DNA from: Eledone cirrhosa
Taxonomy: Eukaryota
Assembly: GCA_964016885.1 (NCBI GenBank)
Contig: OZ024740.1
Coordinates: 231,260,001 to 231,324,000, forward strand
Reading direction: 5' to 3'
Length of the DNA stretch: 64,000 nt
The notes under the pieces are model-generated. The model made no database searches. It had not been told where the DNA came from and saw only the letters and a program-made list of their open reading frames with translations. Below are positions 1 to 11,169 of the stretch, piece after piece; the first letter of the stretch is position 1; the number at the start of each line of letters is the position of its first letter. The translations under genes were made by a program, and so were the position numbers.

Positions 1-145
1 GCTGCTTTTGTTGTTGTTGCTTTTGTTGTTGTTGCCTTTGTTGTTATTGCTGCTGTTGCTTTTGTTGTTTTTTGTTGCTTTTGTTGTTGTTATTGCCGTC
101 ACTGCTGGTGTTGCTGCTGCTGTTGCTGCTGCTGCTGTTGTTGTT
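1..145. repeat. Degenerate (GTT/GCT)n trinucleotide repeat
   Basis: Visible gttgttgttgct runs; source of the poly-Leu/Val/Ala ORF 8..256. Confidence 0.9.
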
Positions 146-1209
146 TTTAAATTAAAGATGTTTATAATGTCAAGAGATGTTCTGACACTAATTTCTTGTA
201 TTTTATTGTCTCTTCTATTTTCTTGTTTGCTGTATAAACAGGTTAATTTGCTTTAAGGTTCAATAAATAAAAGAGAGACTAACTGAATATGATTGACATT
301 AAATAAACTATCCAGTCTTGTTCAATCATGTCAGTAGACCTGATATAGCTGTTAATTAATGTATATAATTAATTCATTAACTTAGCAGCTTTTATGCTTC
401 AATGTTTTTGTTTTCATTGGCTGAAAGGTTATGCTAGGCCAAAAAAAAAAAAAAAAGGTGTATTCTTATATTCTTATATTAATACCCTCCCTACAGCACT
501 GGCTAGCCTACACATAGCCATAATCTCTGTAGGCACAAAATAGTCTTACCATATTATCCCCAATATTTCATCTAGAACATGTATGGTCTAGACAAGCAAG
601 ACCAACAATTAATTGATATTTCTCCAAATGTTTGATCTAGTCCACATTGTTATTGTAAATTTGTATGTGGCTTTTAAAGTCATAACAATAACAACAGCAA
701 TGAACAAAAGCAAATGCAAACACTGCACCTAATGTCTATTTCTAACCTTTTATGGTCATTGTGATTACCATTACTAGAAAAGCTCTTGCTTTTGTTACAG
801 AGCCATATATTTTAGCATTATGTATTTATCTAATGGAATAGTAATATTCTTGAGTGATACATACACGCACATATGCACACATGCGTACGCATACACATAT
901 ACATTTGATTATTGAGATAGGTGAAATCATGACTGTGGTGCCAAGTGGTTTTGGCTTATACAAGCTGAAACTGCTTGGTACCATGGCCAGGATTTCACAT
1001 ACCTCTATACCCACTTAGCATCTCCCCATGCATTGAGTACCTCCATGATTAGTGGTCTTCCCAGTCTCAACACTGTAGACTCTATATATACATTTATGAT
1101 AATATATTAATATATATATATATATATATATATAACCCATGATGGAATTGTAGGGGTGCTCTCATGACACACAGCATTTCTTGGCATTTCTCGAGAAAGA
1201 AAGAGCACA

Positions 1210-2645
1210 AGAGATAACAATTTTGTACTGTTCGTTCAGTATCGCACTTATCCCTTGAGGATCCTCGGTCAGTGAGCCATTTTTACCCAATATTGCAGTG
1301 TACCGAGATACTCTTTTGCAAATTCAAAGAAGGTCTTAGGGTATGTTTTTATGTTTTCTATGGCCCTGGTGTCATGGAATTATGGCACCTGAACAAAGGC
1401 AGACAGAATCCTTGTTGGACCTTACAAACAGACCCTTTATGGAACAAATGGTACTTCATCCAACATGAGGTGGGAATACCCTGGATCTCTGTTCCTCGAA
1501 TAACATGGAGCTCATCCACAATGTGAATGTGACACCAATGATTTTGTCAGACCATAACATAGTAGAACTAGGAATGTATAGTCCAAGAAAGACTAGATAT
1601 ACAGCTGACAAGAAGCACTCAGTTTCTATCCAACTTAAACTTCACAGACATACCCTCTGTAATTCAGACAACCTCCCTCACAAGATATGCTGATGACATG
1701 AAAGTAGCACAGGCAATCAAGAAACTGGTTGATGCTACTTTTTTACAACAAGAATTAGATGTCATATATGGATTGGCTGAGGACAACAATATGCAATTTA
1801 ATGCAGGTAAGTTTAAAGCCCTCTGCTATCAACCCACAAACATAGGATCACCACAACAAAGGTAGACAGGAGCAGGAGGAATAAAATCCCTAAGTCAAAA
1901 TCAATACTGGACCTGGGTATTGACATGAGCAATCATGCACACATCACCGAAATGCCAGCAATGGGCAAACAACTGGTGGGCTGGATTTTAAGGACATTCA
2001 GAGCTAGAGACCTAAGAATCATGTTCGTCCTCTGGAGGAATTTTCGTTTTCTGCTGACTGGACTGTTGCTCTCAGCTGTGGCTATCCCACAGTGTCAAAC
2101 TAACTGCAGAGCTTGAAGCAATCCAATGAAGCTACACCAAGAGGATTGACTCAATGAAAAAGATGAGCTACTGGGAGAGGCAGAAGAAATTAAAGCATTG
2201 CACCCTGGAGTGAAGATGGGAGAGATATGCAGTGATATACATATGGAAGATCCTAGAAGGGTTACTACCAAACTTCGGCATTGAAGGCAGGACCAGTCCA
2301 TGAACAGGACGCCACTCATGCCAAAGGTCCCATCCATTGCATCAAGAATAAGGACCACATACTGCAATAGCCGAAGGTTGAAGGGATCCCCAGCTTTGTA
2401 ATAAGTTTCCAAAAGTCTGAGAGATCTGTATGGTGTGCATATGAATGTTTTCAAGAGACATCTCGGCATTCTGTGACTGGAATCCTGGATGATCTCACAG
2501 CATAAGGCAAAGTGTAAACAAGAGCAGCTGCAACAAATTCCCTTTTCCATCAATGGCCAACCAGGGAAGGTTGGCTGTAGAAAGTGTAGCATCAATGGTG
2601 GTGCCCCAGCATGTCCTCAGCCTGCTAGCTGGAACACATTATAGA
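1210..2645 (+). mobile_element. Degraded, rearranged CR1/L2-group LINE ORF2 relic
   Basis: On +: APE C-terminal motif NVNVTPMILSDHNIVEL (~1520-1570), RT motif YADD (tatgctgatgac ~1688) and GWILRTFRARD thumb region. The linker segment KNGSLTEDPQGISAILNEQY reads on the - strand at ~1220-1295. Many stops and frameshifts. Confidence 0.8.
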
Positions 2646-2672
2646 GTAATATGTATATATATACATGTATGT

Positions 2673-3011
2673 ATCATCATCATCATCATCATTTCATTTT
2701 ACGTCCACTTTTCCCTGCTTTCAAGGGTGGGACGGGAACTGATTCTGGCTTGATTTCTACAGCTGGATGCCCTTCCTAACACCAACCTCATTTACAGTGA
2801 GTGCTGGGTGCTTTTTTGCCTTGGCACCTCCACGACCACTTTGCAGTGGAATGATAGGGACCCCAGTCTCTATCATCTCATTTCTACAGCTGAGTAAACT
2901 GGAGCAATGTGAAATAAAGTGTCTTGCTTAAGGAAACAACACATCACCCGGTCTGAGAATTGAACTCACAATTGTAAGGCCAATGCTCTAACCACTAAGC
3001 CATGTGCCTCC
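2673..3011 (-). mobile_element. SINE family A (tRNA head + CORE-like domain + RTE-derived tail), copy 1
   Basis: Minus strand reads GGAGGCACATGGCTTAGTGG (A box)...GAGTTCAATTC (B box), then a CORE-like block (ccttXagcaagacacttt...ccagtttactcagctgtagaaatgag) and an (ATG)n tail. Five near-identical copies in the window. Confidence 0.9.
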
Positions 3012-3299
3012 TGTATGTATATGTTTGTATGTATATGTATGTATATATATGAATGTATATATATATGTATCTATATATTTATGTATCTATATATATTTAT
3101 GTAGAAATATATGAATGTGTATATATATGTATGAATGTGTATATATATATATGTATGAATGTGTATATATATATATATATGTATGTGTATATATATGTAT
3201 GTATGTATGTATATATATATATATGTGATATATATACATACACATATATATATATACATTCAACACACAGTAGGGAGTTAATTAGCAGGTCAGTGACTT

Positions 3300-4275
3300 T
3301 AGTCTAAAACGACTTGGAGTGGTTGATCAGTTTGTCTATCTGGGAAGCAATCTTGATAATGAAATTCTACTCAGGATTAGGAAAGCAATTGATGCTTTCA
3401 GAAAGCTAGAAAGGCGCCTCTGGGGGTCAGCGAGACATATGCAAGAAGAAAAAGGTAAAGGTATACAAGGCATGTGTGCTCTCTTCTCTTCTTTATGCCT
3501 ACGACACTTATGTCACATATTGACACCACCTTAAGCAGTTTGAACGTTTCCATTAGATGTCTCAGATGGATTCATGGCATTCAGTGATGTTGAGATTTTG
3601 GAAAGCTCTCTGTGTGACAGTATAGAAGCTCTTGTGCTTAAGCAAAGAGTTCAAGGGAGTGGTCACCTTGCTAGAATGAAGGATTCGAGAATACCGAAAC
3701 AACTCTTTTATGGAGAGTTAGTTAAAGGAAAAACGACCTCCACATAAACCAAAAAAGAGGTATAAGGATTTGTTGAAAGCTTCCTTGAAATACGCTAACA
3801 TCTCTGCTGATACATGGGAAAGTGTAGCTGCTGATCGTAATAAATGGAGAAGGACTGTACATGAAGAGAAAGTTGCTTTTGAAGCATCTCAAATCGCATA
3901 CGAGAAAGTAAAAAGGGATATGAGGAAAGGCATTGCTTTTGCATTTCCAGACAGTGAAGGTCCTCCTACACGCTGACATGCAGTGTCTGTGTGAGACTCT
4001 GCCTCAGCAATGCTGGACTTGAAAGTCATCTTCGCAGTCATAAAGTAAGACCAGTGGTTGACTACCAGGCTGCTGTTGGCGATGCTGCTCATCATATCTG
4101 TCAAGCACGTGGAACAGAATGTAGATCAGCAGGAGGGCTCAACAGCATGTAAAAGTACATGAACTCCAACCACAGCCGGCTATTCCCAGTGAATGTTTTG
4201 GTTGCCAACTACGTCCAAGACATTTTAGTTCATTGGCTGGGCTAAAAAGCCACATTCGATGGCAGCACCGTTAGT
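3300..4275 (+). mobile_element. 5'-truncated, degraded RTE (BovB-like) LINE with C-terminal C2H2 zinc fingers
   Basis: VVDQFVYLGS..LDNEILLRIRKAIDAFRKLERRLW; PKKRYKDLLKASLK..WESVAADRNKWRRTV; CSVCVRLCLSNAGLESHLRSH followed by two more finger-like units. Confidence 0.85.
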
Positions 4276-4321
4276 TGTTAATATATATGTATATATATAT
4301 GTGTTTATATATATATATATA

Positions 4322-4416
4322 TGTTCCTATAACCATGCCCATTACAAGCTGAGGATCCGCTAAGGTGAAACAATTGTTCTCGGTATGGTGAACTAACTGT
4401 TGTGTAACCACTTCTA
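4322..4416 (+). mobile_element. Inverted solo copy of the Penelope pLTR segment with a degenerate hammerhead
   Basis: Reverse complement of 5920-6013. Core CTGAGGA-tccgctaaggt-GAAA-caattgtt is present; stem I 5' strand is mutated. Confidence 0.8.
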
Positions 4417-4513
4417 ATATATATATATATATATATTATATATATGTGTTTATATATAATATATATATATAATATATATTATATATATGTGTTTATATAT
4501 AATATATATATAT

Positions 4514-4847
4514 ATGGCTTAGTGGTTAGAGCATTGGCCTTGCAATCAAAAGGTTGTGAGTTCAATTCTCAGACTGGGTGATGTGTTGTTTCCTTGAGCA
4601 AGACACGTTATTTCCCATTGCTCCAGTTTACTCAGCTGTAGAAATGAGGTGATAAGGACTGGGTTCCCTATCATTCCACTGCAAAGTGGTCGTGGAGGTG
4701 CTACGGCAAAAAAGCACCCAGCACTCACTGTAAATGAGGTTGGTGTTAGGAAGGGCATCCAGCTGTAGAAATCAAGCCAGCATCAGTTCTCGTCCCACCC
4801 TTGCAAGCAGGGAAAAGCGGACGTAAAATGATGATGATGATGATGAT
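4514..4847 (+). mobile_element. SINE family A, copy 2
   Basis: tggcttagtggttagagc...gagttcaattc...ggaaaagcggacgtaaaatgatgatg. Confidence 0.9.
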
Positions 4848-4873
4848 ATATATATATATATTATATATGTGTT

Positions 4874-4916
<43 letters not shown>

Positions 4917-4952
4917 GTGTTTATATATATATATATTATATATGTGTTTATT

Positions 4953-4986
<34 letters not shown>

Positions 4987-5269
4987 GTGTTTATTTATAT
5001 ATAATATATATATATATGTGTTTATTTATATATAATATATATATATATATGTGTTTATTTATATATAATATATATATGTGTTTATTTATATATAATATAT
5101 ATATATATATGTGTTTATTTATTTATATATAATATATATATATATATGTTTATTTATTTATATATAATATATATATATATATATATGTGTTTATTTATTT
5201 ATATATAATATATATATATATATGTGTTTATTTATATATAAAATATATATATATATATGTGTGTTTATT

Positions 5270-5319
<50 letters not shown>

Positions 5320-5684
5320 TTATTTATATATAATATATATATATATATATGTGTTTATTTATATATAATATATATATATATATATATGTGTTTATTTATA
5401 TATAATATATATATATATAATATATGTGTTTATTTATATATAATATATATATATATATATATATGTGTTTATTTATATATAATATATATATATATATATA
5501 TATGTGTTTATTTATATATAATATATATATATATAATATATATGTCTTTATCTATATATAATATATATATATATAATATATATGTGTTTATTTATATATA
5601 ATATATATATATATATATAATATATGTGTTTATTTATATATAATATATATGTGTTTATTTATATATAATATATATGTGTTTATT

Positions 5685-5715
<31 letters not shown>

Positions 5716-5735
5716 ATATATATTTGTTTATATAT
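4848..5735. repeat. (TA)n-derived minisatellite (unit ~atatatgtgtttatttatatataat)
   Basis: Directly visible tandem array. Confidence 0.95.
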
Positions 5736-5912
5736 AATTGTTTCTACTTTTGGCACAAGGCCAGCAAATACCCAGTGCATTACTGGTACTTTATTTCATC
5801 GACCCCGTAAGGATGAAAGGCAAAGTTAACCTCGGCGGGATTTGAACTCAGACCGTAAAGGGACGTAATTATGCTGGAAAGTATGGCGTCCGACCCTCTA
5901 CTGATACTGCCA
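5736..5912 (-). mobile_element. SINE family B (tRNA-like head, Meta/MESC-like central domain, TTA tail)
   Basis: Minus strand: GGCAGTATCAGTAG...GAGTTCAAATCCCGCC-GAGGTTAACTTTGCCTTTCATCCTTACGGGGTCGAT-AAATAAAGTACCAG. About nine copies in the window. The domain name is from recall and unverified. Confidence 0.85.
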
Positions 5913-5919
5913 ATATAAT

Positions 5920-6730
5920 AGAAGTGGTTACACAACAGTTAGTTCACCATACCGAGAACAATTGTTTCACCTTCGCAGATCTTCAGCTCGGCATGTGTAT
6001 GGTTATAGGAACAGGAAGAACAACCGTACGAACGCGCATGCGCAGAAACTCGGTCACTTCACACAGGCAATACTAGACTGCGTGCGGGAGGTGTAAGGGA
6101 GATAACTGCGAAAGTCTGGAAAGTTTTTAGGTTGAAAATAAAATAAAAAAAATTAAAAATAAAATTACAAAGAATCAGTCTGGAGCCTTGTAGTTATGCA
6201 ATAGATGTTTGGTGACGTGTGGACAACGTGTGAAAAATTCACTTCTCGTGTTTAGGCAATCACTATTGTGTAATCTCTTTAGGATAGTTATTCGTTCGTC
6301 AATACATAAGCCACACGTCGGATTTCCCCTTGCGTATGGCTTGGACTTAGTAATGGCTTTCCATTGAATGCAGTAGCCTATAGTTGAGTCCTTGAGGGAC
6401 CATACGTGGCTCGCGAGTCTCGTGGATGAACGTCTGTCCGGGTATCTGAAGATAGACTGGTGGTTCAGGAAACGGTCCTTGAATCGGCCCTCCGCCATGC
6501 CCACATAGGATTTGACCTCCTGTGGTTTGTTTGTGTCGGTTGGAAGTGACCACAGCTTCAAACATTACAGCTGGTGTGTTGCATTGCTGTTGAAGGGGGC
6601 AAGCTTCAGGCTTACGGCAAGAGCACCCTGGTGGGGTGCTGCTCGTAGGGCTGCTGGTGATGTGGGCCTTCATGTCTCTTGGACTGAGTGCTCTACCACT
6701 ACGGATATTACCTTCCAGTGTTCCACCACT
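5920..6730 (-). mobile_element. Penelope-like element 3' part: Cys-rich linker, GIY-YIG endonuclease and pLTR
   Basis: CSCRKPEACPLQQQCNTPAVMFEAVV (end of ORF 6347..6898) frameshifts into SYVGMAEGRFKDRFLNH...STRLASHVWSLK...CGLCIDERITI...LNTRSEFFTRCPH (ORF 6175..6561). A hammerhead lies downstream on the same strand. Confidence 0.9.
5948..5995 (-). ncRNA. Minimal type-I hammerhead ribozyme (candidate)
   Basis: Minus strand: CATGCCGAG-CTGAAGA-tctgcgaaggt-GAAA-CAATTG-TT-CTCGGTATG. Nine-bp stem I, intact core, palindromic stem III (ACAATTGT), GUU cleavage triplet. Confidence 0.8.
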
Positions 6731-6789
6731 ATATATATATATATAATATGTGTGCGCACGTGTATGTGTGTGCGTGTGTGTCTGTGTGA

Positions 6790-6829
<40 letters not shown>

Positions 6830-6887
6830 ATGTGTGTGTGCATGTGTGCATATGTATGTGTGTATATATATATATATTTTTTTTAAA

Positions 6888-6930
6888 ATTTCGTGCAATG
6901 GCCATACTCGATAACGAGAGGGCAGCCATT
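6888..6930 (+). mobile_element. RTE 3'-terminal stem-loop remnant
   Basis: tcgtgcaatggccataCTCGataaCGAGagggcagccat, nearly identical to 16586-16628. Confidence 0.7.
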
Positions 6931-7174
6931 ATATATGTATGTATATATATATACATATATGTATGTCTATATGTATGTATGTATGTGTATGTATATATAT
7001 ATGTATTTATGTATATATATATATATATGTACATGTATATATATGTATATATATATGTACATATATATATATGTACATGTATATATATGTACATGTATAT
7101 ATATATGTACATATATATATATGTACATGTATATATATGTATATATATATATGTACATATATATATATGTACAT

Positions 7175-7700
7175 CAACCCCACCAAGGTTTCTCGGTGAG
7201 GAGGGTGACTTTGGACATCCTGCAGGACTAAAAACAAAACCTGTCAAAGGGCAAAGGAGCTCTTAAGAGTCAATGGCCATCCAAAATCACCAGGAGAGAT
7301 GACCCCTTAGCCTTTGTCAAGGCAGAATTCTAGGAGAAGGAAAACTCTGATATAACACCTGCAACCCTGATGGTTTCCAATGATGTTGACTTGTTCTTCT
7401 TTTTGGTAAATATCATCTTGGTTAAGAGAGTGGGACTGGCTTTGTGCAGTGCCTTTGCTCACTATAAAAGCTTCACAGCACAGGCATTGCTTTATATCTG
7501 GAGATCTCTCTGCACTTGTCGTCACATGGTACCATGGGCCCAGCACTATGTGTCAATAATTGTCACAAGTGTAGTGTTTGTACCAGAGTTTTCAAGTCGC
7601 TGGCTGGACTAAAAAGTCACACTTATTCAGCGCATCGGTAGGGGTTCTCCTACATGGATATAAAGTAGTGGCCGTACTCGAAAACGAGTTGGCAGCCACC
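7175..7700 (+). mobile_element. Non-autonomous RTE-derived retroposon (family H), 5'-truncated copy
   Basis: Near-identical to 8166-8668 and the 30.1-31.2 kb copies. Ends with C2H2 coding remnant [17 protein letters not shown] and hairpin CTCGaaaaCGAG-ttggcagccacc. Confidence 0.85.
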
Positions 7701-7711
7701 ATATATATATG

Positions 7712-7797
<86 letters not shown>

Positions 7798-8078
7798 TGT
7801 ATGTATATATATATGTATGTATATATATATGTATGTATATATATATGTATGTATATATATATGTATGTATATATGTATGTATGTATATATGTATGTATAT
7901 ATGTATGTATATATATATGTATGTATATATATATGTATGTATATATATATGTATGTATATATATATGTATGTATATATATATGTATGTATATATATATGT
8001 GTATGTATATATATATGTATATGTATGTGTATATATATATGTATATATATATATATATGTATGTATATATATATGTAT

Positions 8079-8165
8079 ATTATGTCAGGTCACCAGTTGG
8101 TGCCACTGGTAACATGTATCCCAGTACAACCTGTCTCATAGTCGGGTCGTTGGCGACTAAACTGG
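8079..8165 (+). ncRNA. HDV-like ribozyme (candidate)
   Basis: P1 attatg/catagt; J1/2 hairpin gtcaccagt/actggtaac; P2 ccagt/actgg; CC pairing with the GG after P1' (P1.1); P4 tcg-ttgg-cga; then C-TAA. P3 is imperfect and G1 is missing. Confidence 0.55.
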
Positions 8166-8668
8166 CAACTCCACCAAGGTTTCTTGGTGAGGAGGGTGAC
8201 TTTGGACATCCTGCAGGACTAAAAACAAAACCTGTCAAAGGGCAAAGGAACTCTTAAGAGTCAATGGCCATCCAAAATCACCGGGAGAGATGACCCCTTA
8301 GCCTTTGTCAAGGCAGAATTCTAGGAGAAGGAAAACTCTGATATAACACCTGCAACCCTGATGGTATCCAATGATGTTGACTTGTTCTTCTTTTTGGTAA
8401 ATATCATCTTGGTTAAGAGAGTGGGACTGGCTTTGTGCAGTGCCTTTGCTCACTATAAAAGCTTCACGGCACAGGCATTGCTTTGTATCTGGAGATCTCT
8501 CTGCACTTGTTGTCACATGGTACCATGGGCCCAGCACTATGTGTCAATAATTGTCACAAGTGTAGTGTTTGTACCAGAGTTTTCAAGTCGCTGGCTGGAC
8601 TAAAAAGTCACACTCGTGCAGCGTATCGGTAGGGGTTCTCCTACATGGATATAAAGTAGTGGCCACCA
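8079..8668 (+). mobile_element. Family H retroposon, longest copy, with HDV-like ribozyme fold at its 5' end
   Basis: Extends ~90 nt further 5' than the 7175 copy. The terminal hairpin is deleted between gcc microhomologies. Confidence 0.85.
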
Positions 8669-8669
8669 T

Positions 8670-8759
8670 GGATATATATGTATGTATATATATGTATATA
8701 TATTTGTATGTATATATATTTGTATGTATATACATATGTATGTATAAAGATATGTATGT

Positions 8760-8799
<40 letters not shown>

Positions 8800-8807
8800 G
8801 TATGTAA

Positions 8808-8841
<34 letters not shown>

Positions 8842-9160
8842 GTATATATGTATGTATATGTATATATGTATGTATATATGTATGTATATGTATATATGTA
8901 TGTATATATGTATGTATATATGTATGTATATGTATATATGTATGTATATATGTATGTATATGTATATATGTATGTATATATGTATGTATATGTATATATG
9001 TATGTATATATGTATGTGTATGTATGTGTATGTATGTATATATATATATGTATGTGTATGTATGTATATATATATATGTATGTGTATGTATGTATATATG
9101 TATGTGTATGTATGTATATATATATATGTATGTATATATGTATGTATATATGTATGTATG

Positions 9161-9247
<87 letters not shown>

Positions 9248-9306
9248 GTATATATGTATGTATATGTATATATGTATGTATATGTATGTATATGTATGTA
9301 TGTATG

Positions 9307-9340
<34 letters not shown>

Positions 9341-9468
9341 TATGTATGTATGTATATATGTATGTATATATATGTATATATGTATGTATGTATGTATATA
9401 TGTATGTATATATGTATGTATATATGTATGTATGTATATATATGTATGTATATATGTATGTATATATG

Positions 9469-9500
<32 letters not shown>

Positions 9501-10258
9501 TATATATGTATGTATATATATATGTATGTGTATGTATATATAATTATGTATATATGCATAACTCTGTATGTATATATATATGTATGTGTATGTATATATA
9601 ATTATGTATATATGCATAACTCTGTATGTATATATATATATGTATGTGTATGTATATATAATTATGTATATATGCATAACTCTGTATGTATATATATATA
9701 TGTATGTGTATGTATATATAATTATGTATATATGCATAACTCTGTATGTATATATATATGTATGTGTATGTATATATAATTATGTATATATGCATAACTC
9801 TGTATGTATATATATATGTATGTGTATGTATATATAATTATGTATATATGCATAACTCTGTATGTATGTATATATATATGTATGTGTATGTATATATAAT
9901 TATGTATATATGCATAACTCTGTATGTATGTATATATATATGTATGTGTATGTATATATAATTATGTATATATGCATAACTCTGTATGTATATATATATG
10001 TATGTGTATGTATATATAATTATGTATATATGCATAACTCTGTATGTATATATATATGTATGTGTATGTATATATAATTATGTATATATGCATAACTCTG
10101 TATGCATATAAATACATCTATGTATATATATGTATATGTATATCTATGTATATATATATGTATATATGTAACCATATGTATATGTATGTATATATATATG
10201 TATATATGTAACCATATGTATATGTATGTATATATATATGTATATATGTAACCATATG

Positions 10259-10289
<31 letters not shown>

Positions 10290-10388
10290 GCATAACTCTG
10301 TATGCATATAAATATATGTAACCATATGTATATATATGTATGTATATATGCATAACTCTGTATGCATATAAATATATGTAACCATATG

Positions 10389-10419
<31 letters not shown>

Positions 10420-10530
10420 GCATAACTCTGTATGACTATAAATATATGTATGTATATATATGTATATATGTAACCATATGTATATGTATGTATATATATA
10501 TATGTATATATGCATAACTCTGTATGTGTA
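8670..10530. repeat. (TATG/TA)n microsatellite grading into a ~58-62 bp minisatellite (taattatgtatatatgcataactctgtatg...)
   Basis: Tandem units visible from ~9540 onward. Confidence 0.95.
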
Positions 10531-10898
10531 CTGTAACAATAAATAAATTGTTTTTGTTTAAATATTTTGCTTTTGTCCTAGAAAAAGGTTTATTGATCTG
10601 TGCAAGCTCATTAAGAATCCTTCATTGATCAATTATAACCTAAGGAGAGATGAAAATAACCAGAATGATGTGAAAAGCTGGCATTGAACTAAACATTTGC
10701 TCTTCCATTTTGCTCACTTCTTACTACTTTATTGCTGCCAACGATAATGATGGCAGATTGTTCTATGATCAGTGTCAGTACTCAATACATACATAGATAT
10801 ATAGATACATACATATGTACATACATACACATATACATACATATGTATATATGTATGTATGTCTGTATCTATATATATATGATATATATATATATATA

Positions 10899-10935
<37 letters not shown>

Positions 10936-11169
10936 GTCTTGTCTAGCCTAAGCAAATATGTATGTGTGTGTAATTGTTTGCGTAAGAGTTGGTATCATTA
11001 CAAAATATTCTCAGTTGTATATACCCTTTCATTTTGTCTCGTATAATGACCTTAACTTCTGTTTCTAATATTGAGTATATTTATTGCTGTTATACCTCAC
11101 ACATGTGTGTATGTTTGTTGGTACACACACACACACACGTACATGTATATATCTAAATATACATCCAGT

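Noticed and set aside
1690-1710. CTGATGA-cat-GAAA hammerhead-like string
   Set aside because: It is the YADD-MK coding sequence of the LINE relic; no room for stem II.
7370-7612. Recurrent 80-aa hydrophobic ORF MVSNDVDLFFF...
   Set aside because: It recurs only because family H copies are near-identical. It uses a non-ATG start and overlaps the real ZnF remnant in another frame.
8166-8200. caactccacc...ggtgaggagggt resembling twister ribozyme ends
   Set aside because: It lacks the GCCGGTCCCAAGCCC-type P4/pseudoknot core and folds as a simple hairpin.
8569-9779. Long ORFs (300-380 aa) of Y/I/M/V/C/H/T, and the many similar ORFs elsewhere
   Set aside because: Translations of (TA)/(TATG)/(CA) microsatellites, open in most frames on both strands.
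10560-10790. Good-looking splice acceptor (ttttgcttttgtcctag) in unique sequence
   Set aside because: No convincing open frame or donor site; a non-coding exon cannot be excluded without RNA-seq.
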